Assembly: GCA_951406725.2 (NCBI GenBank) | Contig: OX597816.1 | Location: 46,810,001 to 46,874,000 of the forward strand | Source: Octopus vulgaris | Taxonomy: Eukaryota | Length of the DNA stretch: 64,000 nt | Direction: 5' to 3' | Translations under genes and position numbers: made by a program | The notes under the pieces: generated by a model | The model's database searches: none | What the model was told of the DNA's origin: nothing | The model's input: only the letters and a program-made list of their open reading frames with translations | Shown: piece by piece, positions 1-13,800 of the stretch | Layout of the letters: each line of letters opens with the position of its first letter | Numbering within the stretch: position 1 is the stretch's first letter

Positions 1-1084
1 TGTGGTACCTTGGGAAAGTTTCTTCTACTATAGACTTGGACCAACAAATGACTTGTGAATTTGAAAGGCAGAAATTGTGGAAGCACATCATGTCTGTATG
101 TGTTTGTTGCTTATCATTGCTTGATAATTGATGTTGGTTTGTTTACATCCCCTATAACTTAGTGGTTTAGCAAAAGAGGTCAATACAATAAGCACTGGAG
201 TCAATTTGTTTGACTAAAACCTTCAAGGTAGTACCTTGGCATGTCTTACTTACACTTTCCTTGCTGGTATGTGTTGAACAGGTCCTTGTGGTCATGTTTT
301 TATTCAGTTATTGTCCTAGACATACCTCCCTTGTACATTTAAATTTTGACATAGGTTCTACAGTTGGATGCTCTGTATGTTTGTGAGAAGGTACAAAAAA
401 TTATTTCTAATTTAGTTTTGATTATAAATTCTTTCTTTTTTCGTAATATGCAGTTAAATTAGTGCTAAAACAATTGGGCTGGTGTCAGAGTAGAGAGTTT
501 GGAGTTATGTCTTAAAGGAAATTGAGTAGTTATTTGATATGAACAAGATTTGTCTGCCACAGATTTTTATGATGAGCAAATATTTGTCAGAGCTGTGGTG
601 AATGCCAGCTTCCACATCTACTACTACTAATATTTTTCTCATTGGCTTTTAGCCTAAATTTACCATTTAAGTTAGCTGAAAGATGAAATGTTATAGTTAG
701 TATGCTTAGCAGAAATGCAGACAACTATAAGGCCAGCCTACATTTTTTTTTTATTATCATTATTATTGGCACGTAAAAAACACCCACTACACTCTCGGAG
801 TGGTTGGCATTATGAAGGGCATCCAGCTGTAGAAACTCTGCCAGATCAAGATTGAAGCCTGGTGCAACCATCTGGTTCGCCAGCCCACAGTCAAACCGTC
901 CAACCCATGTTAGCATGGAAAGCGGATGTTAAATGATGATGATGATTTTCCTACGTGATTATATGCTCCTGCAGTTAAGACAAAATGACTGGTGTTTAAA
1001 ATAATTTAAGCTTGGTGTTTAATTCTATTTCTACGTTCTCCAAGACATTAACCAATCTTTTTCAATTTTCTTTTTCCGTTTTAG

Positions 1085-1147
1085 CGTTTTGCAAATAGTA
1101 ACTCAGCTGAATCCTCAAGCAAAGTGACAGAAGAGGAACTGGAATAA
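1085..1147 (+). CDS. Probable last coding exon of a convergent gene (RFANSNSAESSSKVTEEELE*)
   Basis: Strong polypyrimidine tract and AG at 1084, in-frame stop, AATAAA at 1555-1560. The acidic tail is reminiscent of TOM20, but identity is not established. Confidence 0.5.
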   Translation, partial: RFANSNSAESSSKVTEEELE

Positions 1148-2602
1148 GTTAAACCTCAGGAATTTATATTTGTCTTCTCTGTTAAGCATAATGTTTGTGA
1201 ACCATACAAACCAAATGCACACACTAATGTGAAAAAAAATATGTACCCAAAAAACATTGCTGTAGTAGCCATTGGCTATTTATTATGTATCTATTCATCA
1301 TATCTCCTTCATGAAATAACTTGAGGTAACTTGGTTATCATAAATCAAATATTTGTTGACATGCTGTCCATAGCATTTCCAAACCTTTTGTCTAAAAATA
1401 AGACTTCACAAATTTGATATGCTAAGTACTTTTTATGTAAATGTTCATGGTGTAATATGAGATAAATTGATTTTGAAGGAAGAAAGAAATTCCTCTTAAT
1501 TAGCCTCCTATCATTTAAAAGATTTAATTTTTTTTCTTTATTCATACTCTTTCCAATAAAAGAAAAAAAAAAATAGAAAATGTTTATTTTTCAACAAAAT
1601 TTAACCAAAGTTGGTATGTTTTATATCATGACAACTTTTTTTTTTAAGTAACCTTTTGTATTTGAATTCTCTACCAATTTTATGTCAAATAATTAAGCTC
1701 TTTTGTTCATTTTATTTAAATGGTGCTGAGTTTGCAATGATTTAGCACCTTGTTATTTCCCGAGGAAATTTATAGCCAACCTTTCTAATAATGACAATTG
1801 TATCAAGATTTAGGTATAAACGTAAATATATAATTTTCCACTCAGTTAATTACATACAACTTAGTTCCAACTTTGTCAACATAACAAGTTTGGGTCTGTT
1901 GCGGCATTGTCAATGGAGATCGATATAAAACTAAAATGGACTCCTCTGTAGCTCTAACTACTTATTCCATAAATTGATCCGATAATCATTAATTTTCTTT
2001 ATCTTTTTTTAATAGTTGGTGTTGCTATGCCACAGAGATTAGGTAGCACCAAATTTTGATGTTTCCAACATCTCAAAGTATTTCAAAATGTTCTGTTTTA
2101 GTGACATCAATTGTCTCATTCTCTATCTCCAATTAATCCACTTAAAACTTTGTTTCAATCAAAAACTAACAGATGTTTCCAAAGAATGGCATGCATGAAC
2201 ATTTCCTTGGTGACACTAAAACAAAACAAAGGAAGGTAAAAATGACAACACATTTATCTAATCTGGTATTGGATAATCACAAATCTTTCAACTGTATCAC
2301 TTATATCCTTATCTCTTTAATTCCACTGCCAGGCAGAGTGCTTCCTATGGTCATAAAACTGATCAGTAATTAGTAGAACTTTGTCTTTTAAAAATGTCTT
2401 GGTGTCTTTTACATACTATGAAATTCCAATCTCCTACTTGTATTTCTTCTTGGCTTTTATCCTAAATTTACTCATCACTAATGAATACTGCCTCCAAAAC
2501 ACATTTTTCTCAGGTCCAAATGCTATATAAATTTGGCTGCTAAGTCTACAATATTTAATTAATATTTACCTTTTTAAAGCAAGTTTTCAAAAAATATACA
2601 AT

Positions 2603-2608
2603 TTTATT
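2603..2608 (-). terminator. Candidate POLG polyadenylation signal AATAAA
   Basis: Hexamer about 20 nt past the stop codon; use not verifiable from sequence. Confidence 0.4.
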
Positions 2609-2630
2609 CAGCAACCAATACATTTTTTCC

Positions 2631-2755
2631 TCATATTTGTACAGCATGTTTTGGTATCTTTCGAATAATGTTATTCTGAGACTTTTGGCGGCTTCTTTTG
2701 GACGACAAAGATGAGTTGGTTTTCTCTAACACACTATAAATGTCCAATGATTCAC
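2631..2755 (-). CDS. POLG: POLG exon 22 (last coding exon, TGA stop)
   Basis: ccacAG / [13 protein letters not shown]...VQI*. Confidence 0.92.
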
Positions 2756-5700
2756 CTGTGGCAAACAAGAAATTAATTGAAAAGGTTATTCTGGGATGGG
2801 GGTGGATACAGTGGTAATCAAAATGGATATAAATGTACTGCTACTTTCCATTGAAATTATTTTCCAGATAGGTGTATAAAGATTTTGTTACTCTAGGAGT
2901 GATGGTGTAGAGCTGTGCTATACAATGCAGCAATTTAGTCTTAACTGTTGACACAGAATACACTTTGTATAATGCTCAGCAAGGCTTCCTCTAAGGTGCA
3001 AAAGTTTGAAACCATACTGCATTTTTTGAACTACAACAAATTGCCTGTTTGGCTAGTTATAGCATTCACAGTAGATGTAATAAAAAAAAAAAGAATTTGT
3101 TTTTGTCTTCTATTATATATATCATCCATGATCAATTTATTAAAACGTTTTTTATATTGAATCTCCAGTTAATGATTCTTACTACATATCTGCACTAATG
3201 TATTTTTCTAAAACTTGGTCTAAGGAAGACGTAGTGTTCATGGTTTTGTATTTCCTACCCAATGAGAATTTAAGAGGGATCCCAGAAATTGACAATGAAA
3301 GGAAGGACAGGCGTTGGTTTGGGGTAGTTGTTTACAACTTACGGCAATCTTTTGTTTTGACTCGAAATAATGTAAACATTGAATTCGGTGATTTCTGCAA
3401 CCACATATTGTCTTGTCAATTGGGAAGAGAAAGCTAATGGGTTGTGTGTGCTTGAGTTCTTGTTCTGTGTGTGTCTTTTTTTTTTCTTTTGGTATTTATA
3501 TTGTGAGATGCAGAAGAACAAGCATACTCACACGCACAAATACAGAGAGGAACAAGCACACGCACAACCCATTAGCTTTATCTTCCCAACTGTGGTCACG
3601 GAAATCACCAAATTCAATGTGTACATTATTTTGAGTCAAAACGAAAGATGGCCCAACTTCCTAATTTAGAGGAACAGAAACTGTTTTAGTAACAGCAGAA
3701 GAGACCCAGAACATGCAACATGTGGGGTAGCTGTAAGATGTTCATGGTTTGCAAATTCTTTCAAGTGGGGCCCAAATGTAATGTAGCAGCTACTGTGTCT
3801 CAAATATAGGTCCTATTTGTGCTTTGTAAAATGTCAGGCATGGTTACAGTTACAAATTTTCAGGTTTGTTGGAAGAACAAGGTGTTTTGTGCCTTAATTA
3901 GAAACATTATCGAAACATTCTTTGTCCAAATATTAAACTCATGGCTTTTATGTTAACTGAGCTTATTATATAATAACTGTATTATTTTATAAATGTTACC
4001 TTACCAAATGGAATATTATAACCAGTTTCCAGTCCATGAGGGTTAGAAGGAGTTACACAATTTAAATCCACTTCTTTCCTAAGGCACGTGTCAATATCAA
4101 CAGCACTGAAGAAGGCTACAGACTAAAAAATAAAAGCAAAGATGATTTTAAAAATGAAACAATTTAAAATTTTGTGGAAGTTTTTTGTTTTTTTTTGATA
4201 ATCTGAAAGATAAACACAAGGTATATAGTTAGGTCACAAATGGTAACAAGGATTCTGACAAATCAGTTGATTGATCAAAAGATTGAGGCAGTTAATTGGT
4301 TACTAGTTAACTAATAGTAATAAGAAGAAATTAAACAGAACCATCGTGTGTTTCTTATTGGCAAAATGATCCTCTCAAAATGTGCATTTCAATATGTGAT
4401 TTTACATTAAGTACCAACCACTTCACAGTGTACTGGGTGCTGCATGGACACTTATGTAGCACCACCACAAGTGCTTTTCACCTCCAGAGGGACCGGTCTT
4501 AACACTTCTGCTGTGGAGTATGGGTCTTCTTGAGTACAGCAAGGTGCCAGGCATCTTGGTCCTTTATCATCTCGCCTGAAAGGTTCAGTGTCCTGAGGTT
4601 GTTCTTCAGTACTTCATCCCATGTCTCCCACTTCCATGTGCTCTATCTACTATGAGAGATCAGCACTTCTTTGTGAAGCTGTCAGCATCAATCTTATCTT
4701 TATTTTAATGTCCACTTTTCCATGCTCGCATAGGTCAGACAAAGTTTATTGAGGTAGATTTTCTATGCCGGGATGCCCTTTCTGCTGCTAACCTTTACTT
4801 GATTCCAAGCAGGGTAATATCCCTATGTTTTTGCAGAATACTGCAAATGAATGAAACTGCTTGTATGACAGTGACAGTCATTTACAACAGCCATGTGGAT
4901 TTGGTAGACAGAAACTGAAAAGCTCATCATGTGTATATTTGTGTTTCTCCCTCACCTCCACTGTTTGACAACCAGTGTTGGTTTATTTATGTCCCTGTAA
5001 CTTAGTGGTTTGGCAAAAGAAACGGATAGAATAATTACCAGGCTGAAAAAAAACAAAACAAAAACTACAGAGGTCAATTCATTCGACTAAAAGATCTTCA
5101 AGGCAGAGCCTCAACATGGTTGCAGTCTGATGACTGAAACAAGTAAAAGGTAAATGAAATACAGGTACATTAAGTATGATACAACAGTCATGTGATATCA
5201 AGACAAACCCATGCATTATATATACATATATGACAGGCTTTTTTCAGTTTCTAACTACCAAATCCATTCACAAGACTTTTGTTGATCTGGGGCTAAAGTA
5301 AAAGATTTGCCCATGATAAAACACAGGCTGAACCAGAAAACATGATTCAGAAACAAACTTCTTAACCACACATATATACATATAATCTTAATTAATCAAG
5401 CTAACCTATAATCAAAGGCATGACATTCCAACAGTGTCTATCCCCTCTTTCTTCTTTTAATAGTTGAAGTGTATATGGGACTATTTTTAATGCATAAGAT
5501 GGTATTGTAGTGGCTCTTAAATGACACACTGAAATTTTTTTTTTTTTTTAAAGAATTTCAGGTCTTAGAAAATCCATACAAATGAGTGTCTTGGAAAATG
5601 CCTTATTCGTAATTTTGTTATACCCAAGTATGATCAATAAAACAAAGTAAACAGTTTGCTAAATTGTTAACTGTTTTTTTCCTTACTTTATACACAAAAG

Positions 5701-8700
5701 TGGCCACTAATATTTTTTTTTTATCTCCATGGTGCCACACAGGTGGAGAACCACAGCAGTGAGGATTGATATAAAGGAGATTTGGTTGCTATTTCTAACA
5801 AGGTTGGCAACTATCTAAGGGTTTCTTCGTTGGTACAACACTGATTTCCTGAAAGCTTTGGTTCAAAAGCCTTTCCAGACTTTTGATTTTTCCAAAGTAG
5901 GGGTGGTCACCTAGATTTTAAAAACATTGAATTTACTTTAATAAATATACAGGCATGGTTGAGTGGTAAGAGGCTCGCCGCCCAACCAAATGGTTCAGTC
6001 CTACTGCATGGCACCTTGGGCAAGTGTTCTCTACTATAGCTTTGGGCTGACAAAAACCTTGTGAATGGTTTTGGTAGACAGAAACTGAAAGAAGCCTGTC
6101 ATGTCTTTGTATCTGTTTGTCCCTCATCCCCACTGTTTGGCAACCAATGTTGGTGTGTTTATGCCCCCATAACTTAGTGGTTCAACAAAAATACTGATAG
6201 AATAAGTGCATCATCATCGTTCGACGTCCGTTTTCCATGCTGGCATGGGTTGGACAAAATAATGCAAGCTTAAAAAAATGAAGTACTGGGGTCGATTCAT
6301 TCAACAAAAAGTTTTTCGAGGCGGTGCCCCAGCATGGCCTCAGTCTAATGACTGAAACGAGTAAAATATGAATGAAATACAGGTGCTTGTACATTAGAAA
6401 TTATACATGTTTATAAAGAGTGTACTGTGCAAGGTACAGTAAACTGGTAGCTGCGGGAATTTGAAGTCCTTGCTCGTAAACTAGTGCACATTATAAGAAG
6501 TTTTGCCTCTTCAAATGTGCACCATTATTGGTTCATTAGTTAACTAGTTGACTAATAGTATGGTTTCAAATTTTGGCACAAGGCCAGCAAGTCTGAGCGA
6601 GAGGGTAAGTTGATTACATTAACCCCAGTGCTCAACTGGTACAGATTTTACTGACCCTAAAAGTGTGAAAGGCAAAGTCGACCTTAGTGAAATTTGAAGT
6701 CAGATCATAAAGACAGATGATATTTCTTCTGTGTTTTGACAGGCATGCTAATGATTCTGCCAGCTTGCCACCCATCTTTTTTTTTAGTTGACTAATAATA
6801 ATGAAAAGAAATTGAATAGATCAAGTATGTCTTTCTTATTGGCAAAATTACCCTCTCAAGATACATGGTTTTATAACAAGAACCTTGCAAAAATAATAAA
6901 AGCAAAATCATTTTTTATAGTGTTACTGGAAAGTTGGTGTTATACTTGTTATGTTTTAGTTTGAAAGGAGAGAAGAAAGTGTTTCAAAACAGACCTGTGG
7001 TAAATCTGGAATTCCTAGTTTGTGTGCACACAGGCAGCGTGTAAAGAGATTGGTGATTTGCAGTGCTAAAGCTGCCCGATAGCGATCTTCTCGGCGTACC
7101 AGGTAACGTACTTCATCGTGAATACTAATGGAAAAACGACCGTCAATTGAATACTCTTCCAGAAGCCATTTCATGGAGACTAGCATCAAATGAAGATAAT
7201 CAACAGCTGAACTCTGAACTGCCCAGTTGATCCGGCTGTTCATAAACTTGAGAACAGAAAACAAGAGGCTAAGACAATTTTAAACAGATAATGGAATTAA
7301 TGTTAATTACAATCAATACCAATATAACTTTGTATTATATCTTATCTTTGTCTTATTACATACATTTCAATTACCTTATATGTGAATCAGGGATGTCTTA
7401 GCTACATTATAAGCCCAGGGAAAATCAATGCATTGGGCCCTGCAGTATTTACTACAACAAGCAACAAAATACATAATTTCTGTGGATTTGTCTAGCTCTA
7501 AGTTCTATTTACCATTTCAGCACTGTCATTCTCCTTCAGTCAAGAACTATCTAACTTAACCTTACTATAGAAACAGAAAAACCACACTGGCATAGTTTGT
7601 ATGGGTCTAAAATTTTTAGGATATTTTAATACTGTGAATTTTGGTTCACTTTTCAACACAAATTATGAAGTTGAAGCAGAATATATAAATTAAGTAACAT
7701 GTAAAGTGGGATGTTTAAGAGAACATGTATAGCTTCAAGAAAGGTTTGAATTCATGACTTTTGAGGCCACAAATCCATCTTTACTTACTTAGACTTTTAT
7801 CTGAATAAAAATGATTTTGAGATTTTCAAATTTATAAATTGATAGATATCAATAGAGTTAAGTGTAATATGTTGTTTAATCTCAGGCCAACCCTGATCAT
7901 GCAGTTATGACCAACTTGTCTTTTTTTTTAAGACATAGTAATGCTATTTAAGGGAGATTTGACAATTATTTCCAGTAGGATGAAAAACTGCATAGAGGGT
8001 CTTTGATGGCTTGTGCAAATGAAGGGATTTTCTGGTTCTGTTTCATGTAAGCATGGTACTGAACCCAAGCAGAGATTCAAATTCATCATACAAGAATACG
8101 ATTTAGACTTGTATTCTCTCCACTGTAAATTCTATCTCTCTAACCCCAGAGATTCTGATGTGGCCACCACTAAAATCTATAAACATAAAAATCATCATCA
8201 TCATTTGGCAACTCCAATCAAAAATGACCTCATGAAACGGCACTGTCACACCAAGGTCTTGAATGTTTTTCCCAAATCTCTAGTAGTAACCTCTGGATAA
8301 GAGAACTTGCAACTTTTGCCAGTAGCTGACCAAAGTCTCCAAAGGACAGATGATGATTCTAACTCATCTTTTCCCTAAAGCAGTACCCAGCAAAACACAC
8401 TTTTGTTGTCTCTCTGTTTATGAGTGGGAAAGTCCCATGAATTTCTTTTTGTGTTGGATGTATTTTCCACAAAAGATTTTGTATTTCTTGTAGAAATTAT
8501 GTGAACAACCATCTGATCATTTCTGAAGATTTGAAGGAAGAGTCCATGTTTCTGAACTGGCACAATAAAATACAAAAGATATAGATTTTACAAATCCACT
8601 TAAATTCTACAACATCCACTGACCTTGAAAGACCATGGATCAGTGCCTGGAGAACTTTGTTGCAGCTGCTGATTGGTGGTGGTGCAGTGTCTGCTTTCCA

Positions 8701-10780
8701 AACATTGGCCAATTTGCTGTAAGTTGACCATGTTATTGCCTTCCAGGTGAGAACATCTTTTCTGAGTTCATCACACATTAACTACAGTATTTAAAGTGAT
8801 AAATGGCAAGACAGTGTAGAAAAGACATATCCAGATTGTCATACTGTACATCCATACAATTCATCACTACATGTCAGATTGTGTACACTGAAGGATGGAA
8901 TAAATGGAGCAACTGCTTACTACGTGTGTGCCATAGGACTGCACAATTAGAGCTGACTTGGGGTTATATAACATCATTAACCCTTAAACTGTCGGGGGAA
9001 AAAGGTTGCATGAATGTGTGTGCCAAACAGGTGAAAAACAACCAATATCTTTCTCTTGAAAGCAATTTTTATATTTATTTTCACTTTAAGTTGGAAAACT
9101 ATAATAATTGTCAATCTCGCACACAATAAAATTTACTATCTCACTATCAAAAGGTGCCATGAAATATTCACTTTCTTTTGATGATGACCTCATTCATGCA
9201 AAATTTTTGAAACATTAATTGACCATGTCCACTATACTCTAATGAAACATTAATTGATGTCTGCTGTTTAAGGGTTAATAGATAAAATCTGTAGGTTTAA
9301 AGGTTTCGTCTTATTTGAACTCAAAATAGCATTTCTATTGTTTCTGCTAGAATAAGGAAAACCATATTTACATCTTCAGAAACTTGCTCTGGTTCTAATG
9401 CTTCACTGATTCGACAGCCCAAAACTGGTGTCACTGGTTGAGCATCCCTGGCAATTTCCTCTAATTTGTTAAACATGAAGCTTTCACTGAAACACAAACA
9501 GTTAGAAGTCTAGTTAAGAAACCTGTAATCCATGTTAGTACAATTTTCACATATATAGCTTTGGTTAGCCCAAAGCTATAGTAGAGAACACTTGCCCAAG
9601 GTGCCATGCAGTAGGACTGAACCATTTGGTTGGGCAGCAAGCCTCTTACCACACAACCATGCCTGCATTTATTAAAGTAAATTCAATGTTTTTAAAATCC
9701 AGAGGTGACCACCCCTACTTTGGAAAAATCAAAAGTCTGGAAAGGCTTTTGAATCAAAGGTTTCAGGAAATCAGTGTTGTACCAATGAAGAAACCCTTAG
9801 ATAGTTGCCCACCTTGTTAGAAATAGCAACCAAATCTCCTTTATATCAATCCGCTGTGGGACTGTGACCCAAAACCATGCGGTTGTCAAGCGTACTTCAT
9901 AACCATACTACTATACTGGTGAATGTGTGTGTGTGAGTGCTTACATTGTGACCTTGTGAGCTACAATCAGCATTCTCTGTTGTCATTTCTCAGTCAACAA
10001 ATCAAATGATAGCTCTGGGCTTTGACAGACATGTAGTGGTAAGAACACCTTTGCTTGAACAACTGGTAAGGATTAGCAACAGAAAGGATATGTAATTTAT
10101 ATGTTGAATAAATTAATGATGTCATAAATAGAAATCACTAAAATAGATAAAGATATTAATGACTAAAACGCCCCAGCATGCTACAGTCTAATGACTGAAA
10201 CAAATGTAATAATAAATATGCTAGCATGGAAAAACCCAAACATAAAAATAAACAAATTTGTACTGCTTTTTTTTTTTTGATGTTTAGTCACAAAATGGAA
10301 GAAAGAACTAGACTTGTTATTAGGATTTCCAGGAATAATGGGAGGAAGTTACCTGCAGACTAGAGGCATGACCTGACATTATACAGGGCAAGGAATTATT
10401 TAGTCTACTACCTAACAGAGTGAAGGATTAGGTCCACTGCCCAAGAACAAAAATAGTCCTTCTGATTATTAACTTCCATACATTTTTCACCAACCAAATG
10501 AAAATAAACAAATAGTCACACTAACATGCCAGCTCAAAGTAAGTTAACAACAACAACAACAAAAGCAGCAAGAAGAGAATCTAGAGATACACACCTGCCT
10601 CCAACCCAACTTCCAGTCTCAGCGCTGAAATAAGAAATAAATAAAACTATTAAAAATTAACTCATGTTAAATTTACTTTCTCTCTCTGTCTCTCTCTGAT
10701 CAGACATTTGTACATTACTGCATATGCTTTATACGCACTTTTGACAAGTTGTATACAATAATTTCATTTTTATTATTATT

Positions 10781-10818
<38 letters not shown>

Positions 10819-13800
10819 CAAATTTATAGAAAAACTAAAGACAAAGACAGGTGTAGCAACAACAAGCTATATGTGAGTTTGCTATATGCAATAAAATATT
10901 CTTAAGTAAAGAAGAGGTAATTGAAGCATTTGAACAGTTTATCAGTGTAAAAGATGAAAAATTCATTGAAGATGGAATATATGCCTTAGAGGAACATTGG
11001 ATGAAGGTCATTAATGAACAAGGATCATATTTTGATTCAATAAATAAATAAATATTCTAAATTTTGCCAAAAATTGCATCAAATTTTGCCAAAAGCTTAG
11101 TGATATCTACACAGGCCTACACAAAGTTTTCAAAAAGTTTTCATTGTTTTCAAAACAATCATAGAGATCTTGTGCAACTGAAACCTGAGCGTCCTTTTGG
11201 TCAGCTGAAAGCAGTTTTGGCACAAACTAGGCAGACACGCGTCTCATACCCAAATCTTCAAGGATAATGAACTGAACTGTAACTAATCTGTACATCCTCT
11301 GATAACTCACAGATGGTGATTTGACGATTTTCCCTCACAGCTGCACACTCATCTGCGATGTTTTTCTTAGTTCTACTGGTTGTGGGTCTCCCAGAACGTT
11401 TGTCACTATCAACATTTTTTGGGGCATCTTGAAAATGTCTGAACCATTTATGCGGCTCATACACTCCTCTTCATACACTTTCTGCAATTTTGCATAGGCC
11501 TCTGAGCAAGTATAACCATGACACTGTAACGTGTAAGGATCTATCACCGAAGCACTGGAAGGGTGTCGAGATCCTTTCTAGTCACATACAAAATTCTTGC
11601 AGAAAACAAACAGACGAAACTCAGGTTAAGGTGAACAGACAACTTGGTTTATTGATTCATGGTTGTACGTTGTCTGATGGGGGAATAGACAGCCTCTGAT
11701 ATTCTGCTGGTGTTGGTCGTTGAGGTTGGTTGAAGTTGGTTGAAGCTGGTGTGTGGCTGTCAGAGCCAGGAAAACCGTGACCGATCGCAGTGCTGTCTTG
11801 AGCCGAAGAGAGGGATTTGAGGTTCGCGGGCTCGAGAGATGTTTTCCCGCACATGCGCATGGGGAAGACTTCCGGTGGCCACCCGGAAGTAGTCCCATTC
11901 TGCGCATGCGCGCCGAACCCTACACAGTAGCATCACTACAGGGCTCCCCTCCGAGTGCGAAGTACGGCAACCAGAATATTGTGGTGGTGCTGCAGAAAAC
12001 AGAAGGCTTGCCGATCCCCCAGAAGACTTGGTACATACTATTATACAATAAGAAACATTTTAAAGAAAGTTAAATGTAAATTGTTTTTGAAAGTTTCTTG
12101 GGCCAATGCACTGTTCTGCCCGATTTTGTAACATACGGTGTGCTCGGGGCACCCGTTGACGGCGAGGGTGGTGTTGTAGGAGCCGGTGAAGGCAAAGGCG
12201 TCTGTGCAGGTGAAGGTGTTTGTGCAGGTGAAGGCGTTTGTGCAGGTGAAAGTGTTGTTAAAGGTGCATAGGTGGGTGTGTCAAGGTTGTCATCAAAAGA
12301 TGAAGACGTCTCAAAATGTGCCTTTTTTAAACGGTCCACGGAAACGGTCTCCGAACGACCATTTATCTCAATCGTGAAAACCTTTGGTGTGCGAGAAAGC
12401 ACACGAAAAGGTCCTTTATAGGGAGAAACAAGTGGGCCCTTCACAGAATCGTCCCGAACAAAAACATGCGACCAGGTGTTCATATCCGGTGGAAGATGGG
12501 ACGGTGGAGATTGCTTTCTGGGAAGCATGGGCGGAAGGTTTGAAAAATATTCCCGCAGTCTGGTGACATAGGTCGCCGGATCATGGGGCGGGGAAGTGTC
12601 TGGCACCAACATCGTACCGGGCAATGCCAGTGTGGTACCATACAGCAGCTCTGCAGCAGAAAACCCCAGGTCTGCCTTGACAGCAGTCCGACAGCCGAGA
12701 AGCACAATGGGCAGAAATTCGATCCAGGACTGTGGGTCTGAAGAGGCACGAAGAGCGGCCTTGAGCTGTCTATGGAACCGCTCAACCAATCCATTAGACG
12801 CTGGATGGTAGCTTGTGGTGTGGATATGGTGCATACCCAAAATTCGCGACAATTCGCGAAATAGCGAGGCCTCAAACTGTCGTCCACGATCAGTTGTCAA
12901 TCGGGACGGGACTCCGAAGCGAGAAATCCAGTTTGAAACGAAAGCTCGCGCAACAGTCTCAGCAGAAATGTCTGCTATTGGAATGGCTTCTGGCCAGCGA
13001 GAGAAGCGATCGACACAAGTTAATAGATAAGAGAACCCGCGACTCACAGGCCATGGTCCAACCAGATCGATGTGGACATGGCGAAAACGGGCCTCCGTGG
13101 GGGAAATTGTCCAAGCGGGGCACGAACGTGCCGTTGAATCTTGGATCGTTGACACTTGGAGCAGGTGCGTGTCCAAGAAGTAATTGTGCGACGCATATTC
13201 GGCCAGAAAAACCGAGCAGTGATTAGTTTGAGGGTGGCAGCGATGCCAGGATGTGATAAGGAGTGCAGTGCTTCAAACACTGAGCGTTGATGGGTCTCAG
13301 GCACCAGTGGCCTGGGAGATCCAGTGGAAGTGTCACAAAGAATGGTGCCTTCGGCTGACGGAAGCGGAAGGTAGGAAAACTGGCAACAGGAGAACTTGGG
13401 AGAAGTTAAATCTAACGACGCCAAAGGTGGCTGCTCCTGCGATATGGCAGCCAAGTCGATAGCAGCAGGAGACGAAAGGGCGCAAACTGGAAGGCGAGAG
13501 AGAGCGTCAGCGGGAACGTTCTCTTTTCCAGGTATGTGTCGAATGTTGCTAGTAAATTGAGAGATAAAATCCAGGTGCCGAAAAGCACGGGGTGAGAGTT
13601 TGTCCGTTTTTGAAAACAGGGCAAACGTAAGGGGCTTGTGATCCGTATAGATCACAAAATCTCGCCCTTCAAGTTGATGCTGGAAATGACGAACCGATAG
13701 ATAGATCGCTAGGAGCTCACGATCAAAGGTGCTGTATCGTCGTTCAGCTGGTTGCAGTTGACGGGAAAAGAAGGCTAGAGGTCGAACATGGTCATCCACT

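Noticed and set aside
4296-6866. Diverged ~90-bp direct duplication (about 4296-4390 versus 6536-6866, second copy split by a SINE)
   Set aside because: Old and low identity, with no coding or structural signal.
8300-8960. Short ORFs in intron 19 as extra POLG exons
   Set aside because: Exons 19 and 20 already join without a gap in conserved sequence; likely decayed transposon DNA.
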